Shown: in pieces, positions 60,665-64,000 of the stretch
How the letters are laid out: each line of letters begins with the position of its first letter
How positions within the stretch are numbered: the stretch's first letter is position 1
Origin: Chitinophaga pinensis
GTDB lineage: Bacteria > Bacteroidota > Bacteroidia > NS11-12g > UBA955
NCBI GenBank assembly: GCA_945871905.1
Contig: CAMBXL010000004.1
Coordinates: forward strand, 67,375 to 131,374
Direction: 5' to 3'
DNA length: 64,000 nucleotides
The notes under the pieces: generated by a model
The model's database searches: none
Seen by the model: only the letters and a program-made list of their open reading frames with translations
What the model was told of the DNA's origin: nothing
Translations under genes and position numbers: made by a program

Positions 60665-61654
60665 TTAAAGTTCATTTATAGTATCTGTTTCTATTGATTG
60701 ATTCTCCAATTTTGGTATATTTTCAAGTTTTTGATTTAAATAGTTTTCTTTAGTCATATAAGACAAATTGACCTTATAATTCAACCAAGTAGTAGTAATT
60801 ATTTGCTTTGAATTACGGTTCAAGTAAGGGCGATATTTCAAACTGAATTCTAAAGATTTTTCAAAACTATTACGTATTAATTTAGACATATAAGTCTTAT
60901 ATTCATTTGAATTTTCAATTGAAGTCATATCAGTAATATTATACTTCCAACCTCGACTAATTTTGATTATAATGCCGTTTTTTTCAATAATAATTGGTTC
61001 AAATTCTTTAGTTTTATTTTTAATGGTATAAATCAATTTTTCATCCCCAGGCAATATGTCAATACTTTTATCAATTAATAAACTTGGCAATTTAAACTTT
61101 TTACCATTGTAATCAAATTCTAGCACGGGGTCATAATTATCATTATATCTTGCAATTTCACTCTCTTTTATATTTTCGAAATAAGTTTCAAATTTTACAC
61201 CATATTTTTCAATTAATTTTTTACCAATACAGGTAATCGCAGTGCCATTTATTATAGTTTTTGCCCCTAATTGTAATCCTTCTAAATCAATAGAAACCAA
61301 TTGGTTTTTTTCGAAAACTGGTTTGATTTTATACTTGTTAAAATTATCACCAGAACTCTTTGATGTGCCTCCACAAGATGGAAATAAATAATATATTCCA
61401 TCCGATTGGCATTCTACCTTTCCTTTATCCACTAAAATATTAGTAGCATTATTAAATTGAAATTCAGACATATTTACTTTATAGTCTAAAAAAAGTACGG
61501 GACCCAAATTTTTATTTTCAATGGAATCAATTTCAATTGTACTTTCATTCATAACATCGAGTAATTCAGTTTCTTCCTTAATTGACGCTTTATCTGGATT
61601 TTGGCATGATAATAACAGTAAGCAAAGTCCAATTGTATTAATAAATATTTTCAT
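60665..61654 (-). CDS. lipoprotein of unknown function
   Basis: Lipobox LLLLSCQNPDK. 329 aa with no recognisable motif. Confidence 0.45.
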   Translation of the reverse strand: MKIFINTIGLCLLLLSCQNPDKASIKEETELLDVMNESTIEIDSIENKNLGPVLFLDYKVNMSEFQFNNATNILVDKGKVECQSDGIYYLFPSCGGTSKSSGDNFNKYKIKPVFEKNQLVSIDLEGLQLGAKTIINGTAITCIGKKLIEKYGVKFETYFENIKESEIARYNDNYDPVLEFDYNGKKFKLPSLLIDKSIDILPGDEKLIYTIKNKTKEFEPIIIEKNGIIIKISRGWKYNITDMTSIENSNEYKTYMSKLIRNSFEKSLEFSLKYRPYLNRNSKQIITTTWLNYKVNLSYMTKENYLNQKLENIPKLENQSIETDTINEL

Positions 61655-61803
61655 TTAATTATATTTTTTCTAATGGACAAATATATCGGTATTTTCTTAT
61701 TTTATCGAAAGTTACAAACTATAACATAGCAATAAAGCACACTCATTTATTAAGATAATGCTTTCATGTTTTTCTAAGTTCGTCATCTTTATGACGATTA
61801 ATT

Positions 61804-61833
61804 AAAAAAACCTCACAATGGAGGTGTTTTTCT
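61804..61833. terminator. bidirectional rho-independent terminator
   Basis: aaaaaaa-cctc-acaatg-gagg-tgtttttc. The minus strand reads acctccattgtgaggt plus T7, downstream of the 108-aa gene. Confidence 0.45.
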
Positions 61834-61857
61834 TATTTAATAAAACCAAACGTTTTA

Positions 61858-62184
61858 TTAATTGCAAAAAGTACAATTCTTGTTAAGTAGTTTTTTAATT
61901 TTTCTTTTTAAATTATCAGGTATATTTACAAACTCTGATTCAATAGAATTAAAATCTCTATTAATATTCAATACAACCTTACCATTAACGGACAAAAGGT
62001 CGCTTTCCACATCTAGTAATAAAGTTTTATACAACTCTATTACTTTCCTCAAAACTTTTAAGGTATAAATATTAGATATTTCACATCCGCTTATTCCATC
62101 ATAATTCACCTCTACTATGTCATACAAATTGTCAATTTTGTGACAATCATACCCTATTTTTGAATTAGTAATTGAGTCATACAT
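61858..62184 (-). CDS. hypothetical small protein
   Basis: 108-aa ORF with no signal peptide and a C-terminal CTFCN. Located in the AT-rich islet. Confidence 0.35.
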   Translation of the reverse strand: MYDSITNSKIGYDCHKIDNLYDIVEVNYDGISGCEISNIYTLKVLRKVIELYKTLLLDVESDLLSVNGKVVLNINRDFNSIESEFVNIPDNLKRKIKKLLNKNCTFCN

Positions 62185-62533
62185 TTTTTAATTATTCTTT
62201 AAATTATAGTACAAATTAAACAAAAAACAATTAATAAAGCAAGTATTTTGTATTAAATTTATAATATTTATGTGATATTTTTATTAAAATTACAATAAAT
62301 GCCACCTTTTAAACACAATAAAACAATGTTAATAAATTATAATAGCACTATTTAATATGTTTTAATTTATGTTTAATCCAATATTCAGTTATTAATAATT
62401 AAATTAGAATAATTATTAATAAAAAATGTAGTTATTAAAATTTAGATATCAATTAGTAGTTACCTTTATAAAATTAAGTAGCCCATAGATGAATAAAGTT
62501 TATAAAAAATTTAGGGCTATGTGTCAACCTAAA

Positions 62534-64000
62534 TTAATGCCCTACACTTCCTCCACTATCAAAATTGATTCCTTGTTTTTTCAAACTTTTATTGACCAAT
62601 ATTGCAAATAATGCTAAATATACAAAACATAACACCGCAATAAGATAGGATTGATGTATCCCTATTATGTCTGATAATTTCCCTTGAATAGGAGGAATAA
62701 TTCCTCCTCCTAATATCATCATAATAAGGAAGGCAGAACCCTGTGAAGTGTATTTTCCTAATCCAGCAATGGACAAATTAAATATAGCTGGCCACATTAT
62801 ACTACAAGCCAAACCTCCTGATAAAAAAGCATAAATAGCAATAGTTCCAGTATTTAACATACCTATAACCATGGCAACTACACCCAAAACTGAAAATATT
62901 ACCAATGTTCTTACAGGTTTGTCTTTGCTTACAAAAAACGCAATGATTTGTATGACCACACAAACAATATAATAATACAATGTTTCCATATTTTTACCTG
63001 TTAGTGTATTTAACAAAACTATTAATACAAAAGCAACTAACGGGACAATAATTAATGCAATTACTTTTTTGGATTTGCTCAAATTAAAGGCACTAATTGC
63101 TCCTGCCCATCTTCCAATCATCAAACTTCCCCAATACATAGAAATATAGGGTGCAATTTCTGAGGATGAAAACCCTCCAAACTCTGGTTTTTTTAACAAT
63201 TCTCCTAAATTGCTCCCAATAGCAACCTCCACTCCTACATATGTAAATATCGCTAACATACCCAAAACTAGCTGTGGATACTGCATAGCTCCCCAACCCT
63301 CTGTTTTTTTTTGTGACGATAAATAAGCATATAACAACCCAAAAACCACAACCATTAATGCTCCAAACAACCAATACATTCTCTCCTTTTCTATTGGAAG
63401 TCGTATTGCCTCAATTTTATTGAGTAATATTTTCTCTTGATTTTTTTGTTCATCAAGCTTTTCAATAATTCTTATAACCTTTGTAATTTGTTCTTGTTGG
63501 GTATTTGATTCGTTGTTATTTCGAAGTAAATTCAGTTGCGTTAATGTATCATTATAACTTTTAATAAATCCAGAGGTAATTTTCTTTTGATCTTCTAGTT
63601 TGGTCATTTCCTTTACTTCTTTGCTGTTATAACTTGCAAAAACAGGACTAAAAAAAACGATTAACAATCCGGTCATTATTACCAAAACCCTCAATGCTTT
63701 ATTGGCTTTTTCTATTGGCTCTATGGAAATACCTGAAGGCACTTTCTTGGAAAAATAAAACAAAACTGCTGCGGCAATAAATAATAAGCCTACACAAGTG
63801 TACATGAGTATTACTTTGTTTAACTCCAATAGTTGTATTTGTTCATCGGTTAATGCCTTTGCTGAACCAAACAAGGCTAGCGCAACGATAATGGGTCCAA
63901 TCGTAGTTCCAAATGAATTAATTCCTCCACCCAAATTCACTCTACTCGCTCCCGTTTTAGGGTCGCCCAATAAAATAGCAAATGGATTAGCCGCTGTTTG
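62534..64000 (-). CDS. MFS sugar permease, FucP/glucose-galactose transporter family, N-terminus outside window
   Basis: The frame stays open to the window edge ([31 protein letters not shown] matches FucP TM5). There is a long hydrophilic/coiled-coil insertion plus extra TM segments in the central loop, and a normal C-terminal six-helix half. Confidence 0.75.
   Translation of the reverse strand, partial: QTAANPFAILLGDPKTGASRVNLGGGINSFGTTIGPIIVALALFGSAKALTDEQIQLLELNKVILMYTCVGLLFIAAAVLFYFSKKVPSGISIEPIEKANKALRVLVIMTGLLIVFFSPVFASYNSKEVKEMTKLEDQKKITSGFIKSYNDTLTQLNLLRNNNESNTQQEQITKVIRIIEKLDEQKNQEKILLNKIEAIRLPIEKERMYWLFGALMVVVFGLLYAYLSSQKKTEGWGAMQYPQLVLGMLAIFTYVGVEVAIGSNLGELLKKPEFGGFSSSEIAPYISMYWGSLMIGRWAGAISAFNLSKSKKVIALIIVPLVAFVLIVLLNTLTGKNMETLYYYIVCVVIQIIAFFVSKDKPVRTLVIFSVLGVVAMVIGMLNTGTIAIYAFLSGGLACSIMWPAIFNLSIAGLGKYTSQGSAFLIMMILGGGIIPPIQGKLSDIIGIHQSYLIAVLCFVYLALFAILVNKSLKKQGINFDSGGSVGH

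Noticed and set aside
58407-62533. tRNA-Lys-adjacent islet considered as an integrated mobile element or prophage remnant
   Set aside because: No integrase, excisionase, transposase, phage structural gene or direct repeat of the tRNA 3' end could be found by eye within the window. It is therefore reported only as a variable islet in the findings, not annotated as a mobile_element.
62185-62533. 350-bp extremely AT-rich spacer examined for tandem repeats or a small RNA
   Set aside because: No convincing direct or inverted repeats beyond a weak tagccc…gggcta stem with a 31-nt loop. It is probably just promoter/UTR DNA of the permease gene.

Overview
The window reads as a chromosomal segment from a low-GC (roughly 30-35% by eye) Bacteroidota genome, probably Flavobacteriia. 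This is supported by a T9SS C-terminal sorting domain, the nusB-DUF1573-yajC-coaE gene order, and TAnnTTTG -7 promoter boxes. It is dominated by housekeeping genes. These are gyrA (5' end outside the window), lepA, rfbC, mltG, icd, a Ctp protease, cmk, iscS-like, efp, prfC, nusB, yajC, coaE, pheT, clpB, ppk1, glmM-like, ychF and one tRNA-Lys(UUU). No transposase, integrase, CRISPR array or cas gene is visible. The points worth a second look are listed in the findings. (1) A phased array of five 14-bp palindromes in front of a small XRE-family regulator that is convergent and overlapping with an ArsR-like regulator. (2) A DUF3127 protein ending in an SSB-like DDLPF tail. (3) A secreted c-type heme/copper-monooxygenase-like fusion plus a thioredoxin-like lipoprotein, divergent from an ECF sigma module. 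(4) A DUF1800/DUF1501 pair carrying a T9SS sorting domain. (5) A very AT-rich islet of hypothetical secreted/membrane proteins next to tRNA-Lys, containing a decayed duplicate of one gene's promoter and 5' end. (6) A FucP-like MFS permease with a large insertion in its central loop. All functional calls rest on motif recognition in the translated ORFs; no database search was possible.
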